Below the pieces are notes generated by a model. It was given only the letters and a program-made list of their open reading frames with translations, was not told the origin of the DNA and did no database searches. A program made the translations under genes and the position numbers. 15,896 nt of DNA from Pseudomonadota bacterium (lineage in GTDB: Bacteria > Bdellovibrionota > FAC87 > UBA2466), in contig JAYSWN010000016.1 of the NCBI GenBank assembly GCA_043718025.1, positions 1 to 15,896 on the forward strand, read 5' to 3'. Below, piece by piece: positions 7,183 through 15,896 of the stretch. The stretch's first letter is position 1, and every line of letters starts with the position of its first letter.

Positions 7183-10100
7183 TGCCATTCTCCTTCTTCT
7201 TCCTTGCTATGGGCGGCCAGATACCGTTCGGTCGCCTTTTTTCCAAACTTCAAAAAAATTGTCGGCGTCACGATCAGGTCCAGTAGCGTCGACGAAAGGA
7301 GCCCACCCACGATGACCACCGCAACGGGGTAGAGGATTTCTTTTCCCGGCTGCCCTTTCGATAGAAGCAGCGGAATCAAGGCGACCGCCGCCGAAAGCGC
7401 GGTCATAAGCACCGGAATTAGTCGCTCTAGCGACCCTTTAATTACCATCTCCTCACCAAACTCCATGCCCTCTTCCTTCACGAGATGCAGGTAGTGGCTA
7501 ATCATCATGATGCCATTGCGACTAGCGATCCCGCACAGCGTGATGAACGCCACGAGGGTGGCCACCGAAAGCTCGCGCTCAGTGAGATAGATGGCCAAAA
7601 TACTTCCGATGAGCGCAAGCGGCACGTTGACCAAGACCTGGAACGTCATCATCCAAGAATGAAAATGGAGGTAAAGCACAGCAATGATCGCTAGGAGAGA
7701 AAAGGCACCGAAGAGGTACAGAAGACGCGATGCCTGCTGCTGGCTTTCGAACTGCCCTCCCAGCACCGTGTAATAACCTGTGGGAAGTGGCAGATCCGTA
7801 GTCAGCTTTTTCTCGATCTCCTTGACGATGCCCGACAGGTCTCTTCCGCTTGAGTTTGCAGATACGACAAGGCGACGTTGTAAGTCCTCGCGGTTCACCA
7901 TATTGGGGCCGGTGCCCTGATAAACTTGCGCCACGTCCCCCACGCGGATGGACTGCCCGGTGGGCAAAGTTTTAACCAGAATGGAATTAATGGCCTCCGG
8001 CGTTGACCGAGACTTATCGTCGAGCCGCATAAAGATGTCGAAGAGGGTCTGCTTTTCGATGATCTGAGCGACCGCCTCGCCGTTTAACGCCATCTCGAGT
8101 TCTTGGGCGAGAGTTCCCGTGCGAAGGGCAAAACGACCCGCCTCTTCGTGATCCATACCAATCTTGAGCTGGGGAATGAGCACAAGAGGCTCGACACTCA
8201 AGTCGACAAGACCGGGTACGGTTTTTAAAATACCTTCAGCTTTCGTTCCCAGGCGTCTGAGCTCGGATAAGTCGGGGCCGAATATTTTCAGCGCAAGCTG
8301 GGCCCGTACACCCGAAAGCAGGTGGTCCAAGCGATGGGAGATGGGCTGGCCCACGTTCACGTAAACGTCGCCAACTGCTTCGATCTTCTTTCGGATGTCA
8401 TCCAAGACAACTGTTTTCGGGCGCCCTTTCTCGTTGAAATCGACGTCAATTTCGCTCCAGTGCACCCCTTCGGCGTGCTCGTCCATTTCCGCCCTTCCCG
8501 TCCGTCGCACTGTCGATTTGGCCTCGGGAACTGAGAGGATGGCCTGTTCGATTTTGGTTCCCTGGGCATCGGACGCCGCCAGAGAAATGCCCGGCGCCGC
8601 GCCTACTCCAATGGTCGCCGTTCCTTCATTAAAAGGAGGAAGAAAGTTGTGACCCATGAGGGGCAAGAGCAAGAGCGCGCCCACTAATAAAACCGCGCTG
8701 CCTCCGAGCACGAGGTACGGGCGGTGAAGCGTATGGGCAAGAAGCCGACGATCGAAACCCTTGAGCGTCCGTGCGACAAAGCTTTCCTTTTTTTCCAATA
8801 GGTCCGACTTCGGCAGGAGGTAAGAGCAAAGAGCCGGAGTGACGGTCAAAGAGATCACGAGGGAAGCCGAGAGCGAAATGATGTAAGCCACCCCTAATGG
8901 CGCGAAGAGCCTCCCCTCGATGCCGCTTAGGAAAAAGAGCGGGATGAAAACGAGGATGACGATGAGGGTCGAAAAAATTATCGAGTTTCGAACCTCGGAA
9001 GAAGCTTCGAAGATAACCCTCATCGTGCCTTTGGGCCTTTCCAAAAGCTTGTTTTCCTTTAAGCGCCTAAACACGTTCTCGACATCCACAATGGCGTCGT
9101 CGACTAACTCACCGATGGCCACCGCCAGACCGCCTAGGGTCATCGTGTTAATGCTCAGCCCCATCCATTTAAAAACAATTGCGGTCGCAAGCAGGGAAAG
9201 CGGAATCGTAACGAGAGTGATGGCGGTCGTGCGTATATTGGCGAGAAACAGAAAAAGAACTATCGCCACGATGATGGCCCCATCCCTAAGCGCCTCTTCC
9301 ACATTTGAAATGGCCGACTCGATAAACCTCGCCTGCTTGAATAAATCCCCTTCGAGGTTAGTCCCCTTGGGAAGAACCGAGCGCAGCTCGACCAACGTCT
9401 TGTCGATCTCCCGCGTAAGCCGCACCGTATCGGCCTGCGGCTGCTTTTGAACGGTCATGACGACGGAGTGCTTGCCGTTAATGCTGGCCTCACCACGTTT
9501 CATTTTGGCGCCTATTTTGACCTCGGCCACGTCCTTTACGAAGACGGGTTTGCCAAGGTGCATGCCGATGGGCGCCTGCTCGATTTGCTCGAGACTTTCA
9601 ATTCGCCCAAGCGGGCGAATCAGATACTCCTTTTCGCCGATGTCGATGAAACCACCGGTAGAGTTTTCGCTAATCTCGGAAAGGGCGTGCTTTAGCTCCT
9701 CAAGAGGAATACCGCGCTGTTGAAGCCGATCGCTGGAAACAAGGATTTGGTACTGTTTCACCTCGCCGCCCATGACGACCACTTGGCTGATTCCAGAAAT
9801 GGTCATGAGGCGCGGCCGGATGACCCAGTCGGCAAGACTCCTTAGCGCCATGGAATCGACGGAGTTGTCGGGAGAGGATAGCCCCACAAATTGAATTTCA
9901 CCCATAATGGAAGTTACGGGGCCCATCATCGGGGTCATACCCGCCGGAATCTTCCCTTGCACGAGCTGCAACCTCTCCGCGACGAGCTGGCGGTTCTTAA
10001 AAACTTCGGTCCCCCAATCGAACTCGGCGTAAACTATCGCAATCCCGATGCCACTCGACGATCTCAAGCGCACTACCCCCGGCGTGCCGTTGAGCACTGA

Positions 10101-10310
10101 CTCGATGGGACGAGTCACCAGGGTTTCCACTTCTTCAGGGGCAAGCCCATGCGCCTCGGTAAGTATGGTCACCGTCGGTCGATTTAGGTCGGGAAACACA
10201 TCCACCGTCAGGTGACTGGTCACCCAAAGACCATAGACCATAAGACCCGCCGCAAAGGCGAGTACGGCCATTCGGTAACGAAGCGAAAAACGGATCACAG
10301 CGTCGAGCAT
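7179..10310 (-). CDS. CusA/CzcA-family heavy-metal efflux RND transporter, 1043 aa
   Basis: VDVFPDLNRP, GLAPEEVE, TM4 GELVDDAIVDVEN, ERLIPVLMTA, GGLLSSTLL motifs; His-rich EHAEGVH and HRLDH. AGGAG RBS fits ATG 10310. Confidence 0.96.
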   Translation of the reverse strand: MLDAVIRFSLRYRMAVLAFAAGLMVYGLWVTSHLTVDVFPDLNRPTVTILTEAHGLAPEEVETLVTRPIESVLNGTPGVVRLRSSSGIGIAIVYAEFDWGTEVFKNRQLVAERLQLVQGKIPAGMTPMMGPVTSIMGEIQFVGLSSPDNSVDSMALRSLADWVIRPRLMTISGISQVVVMGGEVKQYQILVSSDRLQQRGIPLEELKHALSEISENSTGGFIDIGEKEYLIRPLGRIESLEQIEQAPIGMHLGKPVFVKDVAEVKIGAKMKRGEASINGKHSVVMTVQKQPQADTVRLTREIDKTLVELRSVLPKGTNLEGDLFKQARFIESAISNVEEALRDGAIIVAIVLFLFLANIRTTAITLVTIPLSLLATAIVFKWMGLSINTMTLGGLAVAIGELVDDAIVDVENVFRRLKENKLLERPKGTMRVIFEASSEVRNSIIFSTLIVILVFIPLFFLSGIEGRLFAPLGVAYIISLSASLVISLTVTPALCSYLLPKSDLLEKKESFVARTLKGFDRRLLAHTLHRPYLVLGGSAVLLVGALLLLPLMGHNFLPPFNEGTATIGVGAAPGISLAASDAQGTKIEQAILSVPEAKSTVRRTGRAEMDEHAEGVHWSEIDVDFNEKGRPKTVVLDDIRKKIEAVGDVYVNVGQPISHRLDHLLSGVRAQLALKIFGPDLSELRRLGTKAEGILKTVPGLVDLSVEPLVLIPQLKIGMDHEEAGRFALRTGTLAQELEMALNGEAVAQIIEKQTLFDIFMRLDDKSRSTPEAINSILVKTLPTGQSIRVGDVAQVYQGTGPNMVNREDLQRRLVVSANSSGRDLSGIVKEIEKKLTTDLPLPTGYYTVLGGQFESQQQASRLLYLFGAFSLLAIIAVLYLHFHSWMMTFQVLVNVPLALIGSILAIYLTERELSVATLVAFITLCGIASRNGIMMISHYLHLVKEEGMEFGEEMVIKGSLERLIPVLMTALSAAVALIPLLLSKGQPGKEILYPVAVVIVGGLLSSTLLDLIVTPTIFLKFGKKATERYLAAHSKEEEGEWQ

Positions 10311-10575
10311 GATCACTCCTAAAAGAGTTCAAAGGAAAACAAAGGAACAACTGCAACTTAAGGCACGTTACACCGTCCTCGCAAGGCAAGGAAACGCCGA
10401 CAACGCAACTAGTCGATTTGGGTAAGTTAGGCGATAGGCGGGCGCAGTAGGCGCTGGGATTCCGGTGTTTCCGGGCGCAAGAAGGCAGCTAGCTCCACTA
10501 AGGGGTGAAGCCTTTTCCAGTCGCAACGCCTAAAGGCGGTGGTTTCCTTGGGGTGGCATCACGGGGTCCGAACAG

Positions 10576-11355
10576 TTAAATTCGATTCTCGCTTTCGACG
10601 TTTTTCTTTTTCAAAAAATTATTAAGCATCTTATGCTGGCGCTCCCCCACTGTCGCATCGATCGCCTCCTTTTGCTCCGGAAACAGATCGTACAGGTAAT
10701 ACTTCATCGACTTCACCATCTCGTACTCGACATTCTCATCCATGCCCTTCGCTACAGATTGGATTTCGGGCTTCATGTCTTTGTTCTTGACGTGAATGCG
10801 GCGAGGACCTTCAAGCGGGGAGGTCTCGTCGAGAAGTTTTCCTTCTTCAGCCACGGCCTTAGGATTCTCAACGCTGATGCCAGCATTGGTGATCAAGATT
10901 TTGAAAAGCTCTTTGCCCTGGTCATCGAAAATCGTACGCTCCTGGAACAATTCGCCGCCCAGCCCGCCCAACCAAATGTTCGGCTTGCCATCTGCGCCAA
11001 GTACATACGTCGGATGCACTACCCGTCCTTGTTTCAGGAGCGCCTTATCCACCGCTTCCACGCGCTTGGTCATCGCTCCCATATCGGTCGACGAAACTTC
11101 CGGTAAAAACCTTTTTTTCTGTTCGTCGCTCATATACCCGTAGAGCGATTCGGCGAATTCTTCCGCCCGCTTCGTTTGCCCTTCCCACTGCTTACGGAAT
11201 TGCAGTTCAATTTCAAATTTCGCAGCTTCAAGACCCAACATTTTCAATGTCACCTTGGCGTCGGGGCGTTTTAACCTCACATCAGGCTCTCCGTGGTTGT
11301 CAGCGAGCGAAATGAGGCAAGTAAACGCGATTAAGGCAAAAATAAACTCTTTCAT
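10576..11355 (-). CDS. Secreted hypothetical protein, 259 aa
   Basis: Long ORF with signal peptide MKEFIFALIAFTCLISLA; no family recognised. Confidence 0.75.
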   Translation of the reverse strand: MKEFIFALIAFTCLISLADNHGEPDVRLKRPDAKVTLKMLGLEAAKFEIELQFRKQWEGQTKRAEEFAESLYGYMSDEQKKRFLPEVSSTDMGAMTKRVEAVDKALLKQGRVVHPTYVLGADGKPNIWLGGLGGELFQERTIFDDQGKELFKILITNAGISVENPKAVAEEGKLLDETSPLEGPRRIHVKNKDMKPEIQSVAKGMDENVEYEMVKSMKYYLYDLFPEQKEAIDATVGERQHKMLNNFLKKKNVESENRI

Positions 11356-11367
11356 ACGCGTCTTCGG

Positions 11368-11383
11368 TGCAATAACGCGACCG
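11368..11383 (-). promoter_or_regulatory. Possible sigma54 -24/-12 promoter CGGTCGCGTTATTGCA
   Basis: GG-N8-TTGC spacing is exact. The implied start site is ~2 nt before ATG 11355, and there is no SD. Confidence 0.35.
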
Positions 11384-11543
11384 GCCCCGCAAGCCTGCGC
11401 GCACCATCTGGATACGACTAAAAACTGGGCGCCCGCAATGATAACGACAGGCCCGGCACGTTGGGAGGACTCTGGAGCTTCTCGCTCATAGCCGAGAGGA
11501 CTTACTAGCTACCAAACTCTACGCCTTCTATTACGAAGCAAGC

Positions 11544-12764
11544 TCATTTCAGATCTTGATTCGGCTCACACAACCGGGGTGGGTAACTGAAGAGGCCATT
11601 TCCAAAATCCTTGCCGCCTCCGCCTTTAATAAACAGGGAGTCCAATGGCGACTCGCCCTCTTGTTTTGGAGTAAAGTTGCGGTAGCGCCGTTCGATTTCT
11701 CCCAATTCGTTCTTTCCAATGACTCCGTAAGGCAAATTCCCTTTTGCCGATGGCACATTAATCTCACTGGTAAATAAGAGCCGCCCGTCTTCGCTCCAAG
11801 GTAAGTCGTTAAGGTTTCTAAAAAAACCATCTCGCGTCTGGGGATTCGCAGCCAGCTGCATTGTGTTTGAAATATCTAGAGCCCCTACCCTTTTACCGTT
11901 TTTTCGAAGCGCATTGCCCAGGGTACGCATTGCTTCGCTTCCTACTAAATTGCCCGTTACGATCGTGACCTTCCCGTCGAGTACTTTCTGGCGGATGCGC
12001 TGATATAAGGCGTCGTCGCCCAAGATCGTACTCTGCCAAGCCTCACCATCCTCAAAGGCATGAATCAGGCCCCGCAGCCTGTCGGGAAGGTGGACCTTGC
12101 CTTCTAAAATATCAAACATCGTTTTCGAAGGGCTTACGGCAATGAATCCATTTATCTCTTTAGAGCGCTGATCAATGTACTTGGAATACTCGGCCGAAAA
12201 CTCGGGGAGATTCAAACCCAACTTTTTGTACTTAGAATTGAATCTCTCCTGACTCGCTCGCTTCACTAGTTCCGCTACAAAAGACTGATCATCGAGGGGC
12301 TTTTGCGCGATGAGGTCCTCTTGAATCGCGCCCGTATAGAGCAAACTTAAATATTCATGCCGGGTTTTTGCCCGTTTAATCAACTCCAAGTTGATCCGGT
12401 TAAACGCGCTGATTCCCAAATCGTAATCAAATTGAACAATGTCCTCGAAGTCGCCAAGGGCCGCGTTACTTAATGCCCGCAAACCACTGCCTACGCCAAT
12501 ATAGGTACCCGTTAGAGATTTTAGGCATGGCTTCCACAAATGGGGTCGACTCTCGTTAGGGTTTATAAAAGTCCCGTCAACCCCTTCAAAGGGGTCTTCC
12601 TTGACGACGAAGCCTTGAAAGGAAATGTGGGAATCCCGGATAGTATTGCCGGGCAAAAGACTAGCGTTCCCGATGTTGGGGTCTTTAGTGGTTACGTGCT
12701 CCGAAAATACAACCGAGAACTCCGTAGACAATAAAATAAAGGCGATGAACCATACTTTTCTCAC
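11544..12764 (-). CDS. Secreted hypothetical protein with a SAM-methyltransferase-like motif pattern (LIC_10091-like), ~406 aa
   Basis: Signal peptide from GTG 12764. Motifs PNE, TYIGVGSG (glycine loop), QFDYD (acidic end of strand 2), VTGNL and ALDISN. Family assignment is from memory and tentative. Confidence 0.65.
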   Translation of the reverse strand: MRKVWFIAFILLSTEFSVVFSEHVTTKDPNIGNASLLPGNTIRDSHISFQGFVVKEDPFEGVDGTFINPNESRPHLWKPCLKSLTGTYIGVGSGLRALSNAALGDFEDIVQFDYDLGISAFNRINLELIKRAKTRHEYLSLLYTGAIQEDLIAQKPLDDQSFVAELVKRASQERFNSKYKKLGLNLPEFSAEYSKYIDQRSKEINGFIAVSPSKTMFDILEGKVHLPDRLRGLIHAFEDGEAWQSTILGDDALYQRIRQKVLDGKVTIVTGNLVGSEAMRTLGNALRKNGKRVGALDISNTMQLAANPQTRDGFFRNLNDLPWSEDGRLLFTSEINVPSAKGNLPYGVIGKNELGEIERRYRNFTPKQEGESPLDSLFIKGGGGKDFGNGLFSYPPRLCEPNQDLK

Positions 12765-12874
12765 TGCCGTCCAGAGTGCACATACCAAGCCAGACTGAAT
12801 GGGCCTTTATCCGTGGCGTCGTCGTGTATTCCTTCAGTTAATAGGCAGAAGGCTGTACGGTTGGCGGCCTCTTT

Positions 12875-14614
12875 TCATAGCTCGTCGGAAAAGACTTTTT
12901 CGGTGATTTTCCAGTACTTGTCTTGCTTGCGGGCGATGACGAACGCCGGCAGCCGGAAAAGGCGCTGATACGTCACCACGTCTTGAGGGCGTCGAAATTT
13001 TGACGCAAACTCGGGTCGCTTCAAGTGCGATCGCAAAAAATTGATATTAAATTTTTTGATCGACGAGGCGTTGCTAAAAAAATGCGCCTCGCTTAAATAT
13101 TTGGCGTCGTAGTCGAAGTACTTAATTTCCAAAAACGGATTGCCATTTTTATCCGTGCGCTCGTCAAACGTAATACGATCGGGGGTCAGTACGTGCGAGT
13201 TTTTAGACAACTTAGCTTGCTTGAGTTTGGCATGAGCATCCACTAACTCGGCCCGACACTGCTCGCAGTCCTTGGCCGTGAGATCGTTTTCGGCCCCACA
13301 CGCGTGGCATAGCTTGAGCCTAAAACGATAACCGCACGGCGTGATAACCAAAGTCTTTGGGTCTTGTGAAGAGCCACGGCATTTTCGCCCAAAATGCTCC
13401 ACCACATCACCATCCACATCGGTGTAACCCCAAAACGAGTTTTCAAAACCACATTGCGGGCACGGCACCATCACCGCTACCGTGTCTTTTGCCGGACGCC
13501 GATCGCAAATCTGAGGTGCGTAAATGTCATGCCCGACGCCCGTGTAATCCAGGATGTAGCAGTCTTTCTTTTCGGGCGACAGGCGTAGCCCACGCCCCAC
13601 AATCTGCTGATAGAGACTGTTGGATTCGGTGGGGCGCAAGATAGCAATCACATCCACGTGAGGGGCATCAAAACCGGTGGTCAAGACAGAAACATTCACG
13701 AGGTATTTAAACTTCTTTGCCTTAAAATCAGTAATGATGCGATCGCGCGCCGCCATATCGGTGTCACCCACCACGAGCCGCGCCTGCCCCTCCGGCAAGT
13801 ACGACAAAATTTCCTCCGCATGGCGCACCGACGCGCTAAAAATCATGACACCTTGACGGTGATAGCGCTCAGTAATGTCGACGATATTTTTGATGATAAG
13901 TGGGGTTAATTGTTTCTGGTTTTTGAGAATTTCTTCGATCTCAACCAGAGAATACATGCGGTCTTGTTCGGCCAGCTCCGAAAAGTCATAACACGTTACC
14001 GGAATATTTACCTTCACCGGTATGGTTAAAAACCGGTTTTTAATCATGTAGGAAAGCGGCAGCTCATAAACACACTGCTTAAAAAACCTCGGCCGATCTG
14101 ACTTGATTTCGCCATTACCCGATCGTTCGTAGATCCAGCCCAATCCTAACCGATACGGCGTGGCGGTGAGGCCCAAAATGCGGAGCTCGGGATTGTTACT
14201 CTTAAGCCGGCGAATCACTTCTTGGTATTGCGTGTCGCTGCTATCCGCCACGCGGTGGCACTCATCGATGACGAGAAGAGAAAAATCCTTGAAAAAATCG
14301 TCCGAAGCCCGTGCAATCGACTGCACGCTGCCAAAGATGGCTTTCTCGTGACGATCTTTTTTGCCGAGGCTGGCCGAAAAAATTCCAGCCTTTAGGCCGT
14401 AGCGGACATACTTTTCGTAGTTTTGTTCGACAAGCTCTTTAACGTGGGCCAGCACCAGCACCCTGCCCCGTGCGATGCGCGCGAGCTCGGCAATGACCAG
14501 ACTTTTGCCCGAACCCGTAGGCAGCACCACGGCGGCCGGCTCCTTGCTTTGCTTAAAGAACCGAACGACGTTGTCGACCGCGGTATGTTGATAATCTCTA
14601 AGCTGGTATTGCAC
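12875..14614 (-). CDS. radD: RadD/YejH SF2 DEAD/DEAH-box DNA repair helicase-like ATPase with Zn finger, ~579 aa
   Basis: LRDYQ, LPTGSGKS, LAHVKELVEQN, DECH, GLTATPYRLG, VLTTGFDAPHVD, QIVGRGLR; CPQCGFENSFWG...EHFGRKC...CGYRFR..C..C as in E. coli YejH. GTG 14614 start is inferred from homology. Confidence 0.92.
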   Translation of the reverse strand: MQYQLRDYQHTAVDNVVRFFKQSKEPAAVVLPTGSGKSLVIAELARIARGRVLVLAHVKELVEQNYEKYVRYGLKAGIFSASLGKKDRHEKAIFGSVQSIARASDDFFKDFSLLVIDECHRVADSSDTQYQEVIRRLKSNNPELRILGLTATPYRLGLGWIYERSGNGEIKSDRPRFFKQCVYELPLSYMIKNRFLTIPVKVNIPVTCYDFSELAEQDRMYSLVEIEEILKNQKQLTPLIIKNIVDITERYHRQGVMIFSASVRHAEEILSYLPEGQARLVVGDTDMAARDRIITDFKAKKFKYLVNVSVLTTGFDAPHVDVIAILRPTESNSLYQQIVGRGLRLSPEKKDCYILDYTGVGHDIYAPQICDRRPAKDTVAVMVPCPQCGFENSFWGYTDVDGDVVEHFGRKCRGSSQDPKTLVITPCGYRFRLKLCHACGAENDLTAKDCEQCRAELVDAHAKLKQAKLSKNSHVLTPDRITFDERTDKNGNPFLEIKYFDYDAKYLSEAHFFSNASSIKKFNINFLRSHLKRPEFASKFRRPQDVVTYQRLFRLPAFVIARKQDKYWKITEKVFSDEL

Positions 14615-14741
14615 TCGCGCCAAATCTTGCCACACAATGGGATGAGAAGGTACCAACTTACGTTTGCCCTAATCAAAATGAAGGCGCCAATTTAGAATCT
14701 GACTGAAACTATTAGACTCTTACCCAATGTATAATGACGCT

Positions 14742-15788
14742 ATGTCCACTTTGATCAAGTTACTTTGGCTTACCTTGTCGTGCCTTATCCCTACTGCCCG
14801 GTCGGCCGATATTTTTATTTTGGGGGAGGATCACGTAAAGGATGCCCAGAAGCGGAATCAAGTCTACCGCGCGATGGAAAAGGGAACCGTCTCCATCGCC
14901 CAAGAAGGACTTAAATTCGAAGGCAATGATCCTATTGCCCGTGCGTTACTTAAAAATTATCTCCTCGATCCGAACAAATCGACGTCGGTGTACGGGATCG
15001 AAAACGAGTCCGCCATTTTAAGTCGTGTGATTCTCCATTTCAGAACGGACATTCTCCGTTCCTTATTAAACAAAGAAAAAGGGCCATCGAGAAAAAACCT
15101 AGTGCGCAATTTATTCACCGCCTTAATAGATTATCCGTCCGTGGGAGAGGTGCTAACTAGGCTTTCGAAAGAGAGCAAAGTCTTTGAGGGTGAGGCTCAC
15201 GCCGCCTGGGTCAAGTCATTTGGGAAAGAGTGGCATTATGGGCCATACGCCGAAGCGGTGAAACGACTTATCAACAGACTTCTCCAACTTCCCAAAACCC
15301 CAGACGCCCAGACTTTGTTTATGGGCGCCTTCGCCAAAAAAGACAAAGTTGCGCTGAATAAATGGAACCTCCTAGTGGATGCTCTGACGACAGACGAACA
15401 GCTAATTTGCCTGATGAGCCTGGCCGCGGAGCTGCACAAGGGTTTAGCCAAATATTTTCTTGAAACCAAAATTATTGCCGCCGATTCCATTCCGCCTGAA
15501 CTGATAGCGGCAATCGACGCCAATTTTTTTTTGAAAAACCTGCCGCAGAGCGAAGTCGGCCTGGAGTATCAACGAAAAGTAATCCTTGAATACCGCAATG
15601 AAGTTTTTGCGGACAACCTAATGAAGGTCATTGAGAACAAGTGGAAGAACCGCAGGTTCCCCCTCGTCGTAATCGTAGGGAGTCTCCATTCCGACGGGCT
15701 GGCGAAGCTTCTCCAGGACAAACTGAAAGGGAAGGACATCAAGATTGCAAAAGAGGACCTAGCCCACTGGGTGCCACCCGCCAATTGA
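14742..15788 (+). CDS. Secreted protein with EreA/ChaN/TIKI(TraB)-superfamily motif pattern, 348 aa
   Basis: Signal peptide, then ILGEDH, IAQEG, YGIEN, YRNEVFADNL and VIVGSLH in the order typical of that fold. Confidence 0.65.
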   Translation: MSTLIKLLWLTLSCLIPTARSADIFILGEDHVKDAQKRNQVYRAMEKGTVSIAQEGLKFEGNDPIARALLKNYLLDPNKSTSVYGIENESAILSRVILHFRTDILRSLLNKEKGPSRKNLVRNLFTALIDYPSVGEVLTRLSKESKVFEGEAHAAWVKSFGKEWHYGPYAEAVKRLINRLLQLPKTPDAQTLFMGAFAKKDKVALNKWNLLVDALTTDEQLICLMSLAAELHKGLAKYFLETKIIAADSIPPELIAAIDANFFLKNLPQSEVGLEYQRKVILEYRNEVFADNLMKVIENKWKNRRFPLVVIVGSLHSDGLAKLLQDKLKGKDIKIAKEDLAHWVPPAN

Positions 15789-15844
15789 AGAAACGTATCC
15801 GTTACGAATTAAGGCGACATTTTCCCTTAGTAGGTAACGGATAC
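15788..15844. repeat. 57-bp hairpin repeat, copy 2
   Basis: Perfect 11-bp arms GTATCCGTTAC/GTAACGGATAC around a 28-nt spacer; begins at the stop codon of the upstream CDS. Confidence 0.85.
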
Positions 15845-15896
15845 ACTGCTGTCCGGTTTAATTTGAAGCCCTGAGAGGTGCTTTGGATGGGGCTCT

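Noticed and set aside
10320..10575. NiCo (czcD) riboswitch upstream of the RND pump
   Set aside because: I could not see the conserved four-way-junction sequence elements; an Infernal search would settle it.
5481..14695. Numerous short alternative-frame or antisense ORFs within the TolC, RND, radD and orphan genes
   Set aside because: Shadow ORFs of long coding genes, with no motifs or RBS.

Overview
Bacterial window. The many signal-peptide orphan genes suggest a Bdellovibrionota/deltaproteobacterium-like host, but that is inference only. The left ~3.7 kb is an accessory/defence hotspot. It holds two minus-strand toxin-antitoxin operons, a DUF6516(TumE)-like/HTH pair and a type IV AbiEi/AbiEii pair, each with a palindromic operator. 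They are separated by co-oriented tRNA 3'-end fragments (two tRNA-Ser-like inside a 76-bp direct repeat, one tRNA-Leu-like) and followed by a tyrosine-integrase C-terminal remnant. This looks like a tandem array of att-bounded mini-islands or cassettes. The remainder holds a heavy-metal RND operon (CusA/CzcA pump, small His-bearing periplasmic protein, TolC-like channel, but no membrane fusion protein), radD/yejH and several secreted orphan proteins. A near-identical 57-bp hairpin repeat occurs twice, 10.4 kb apart.
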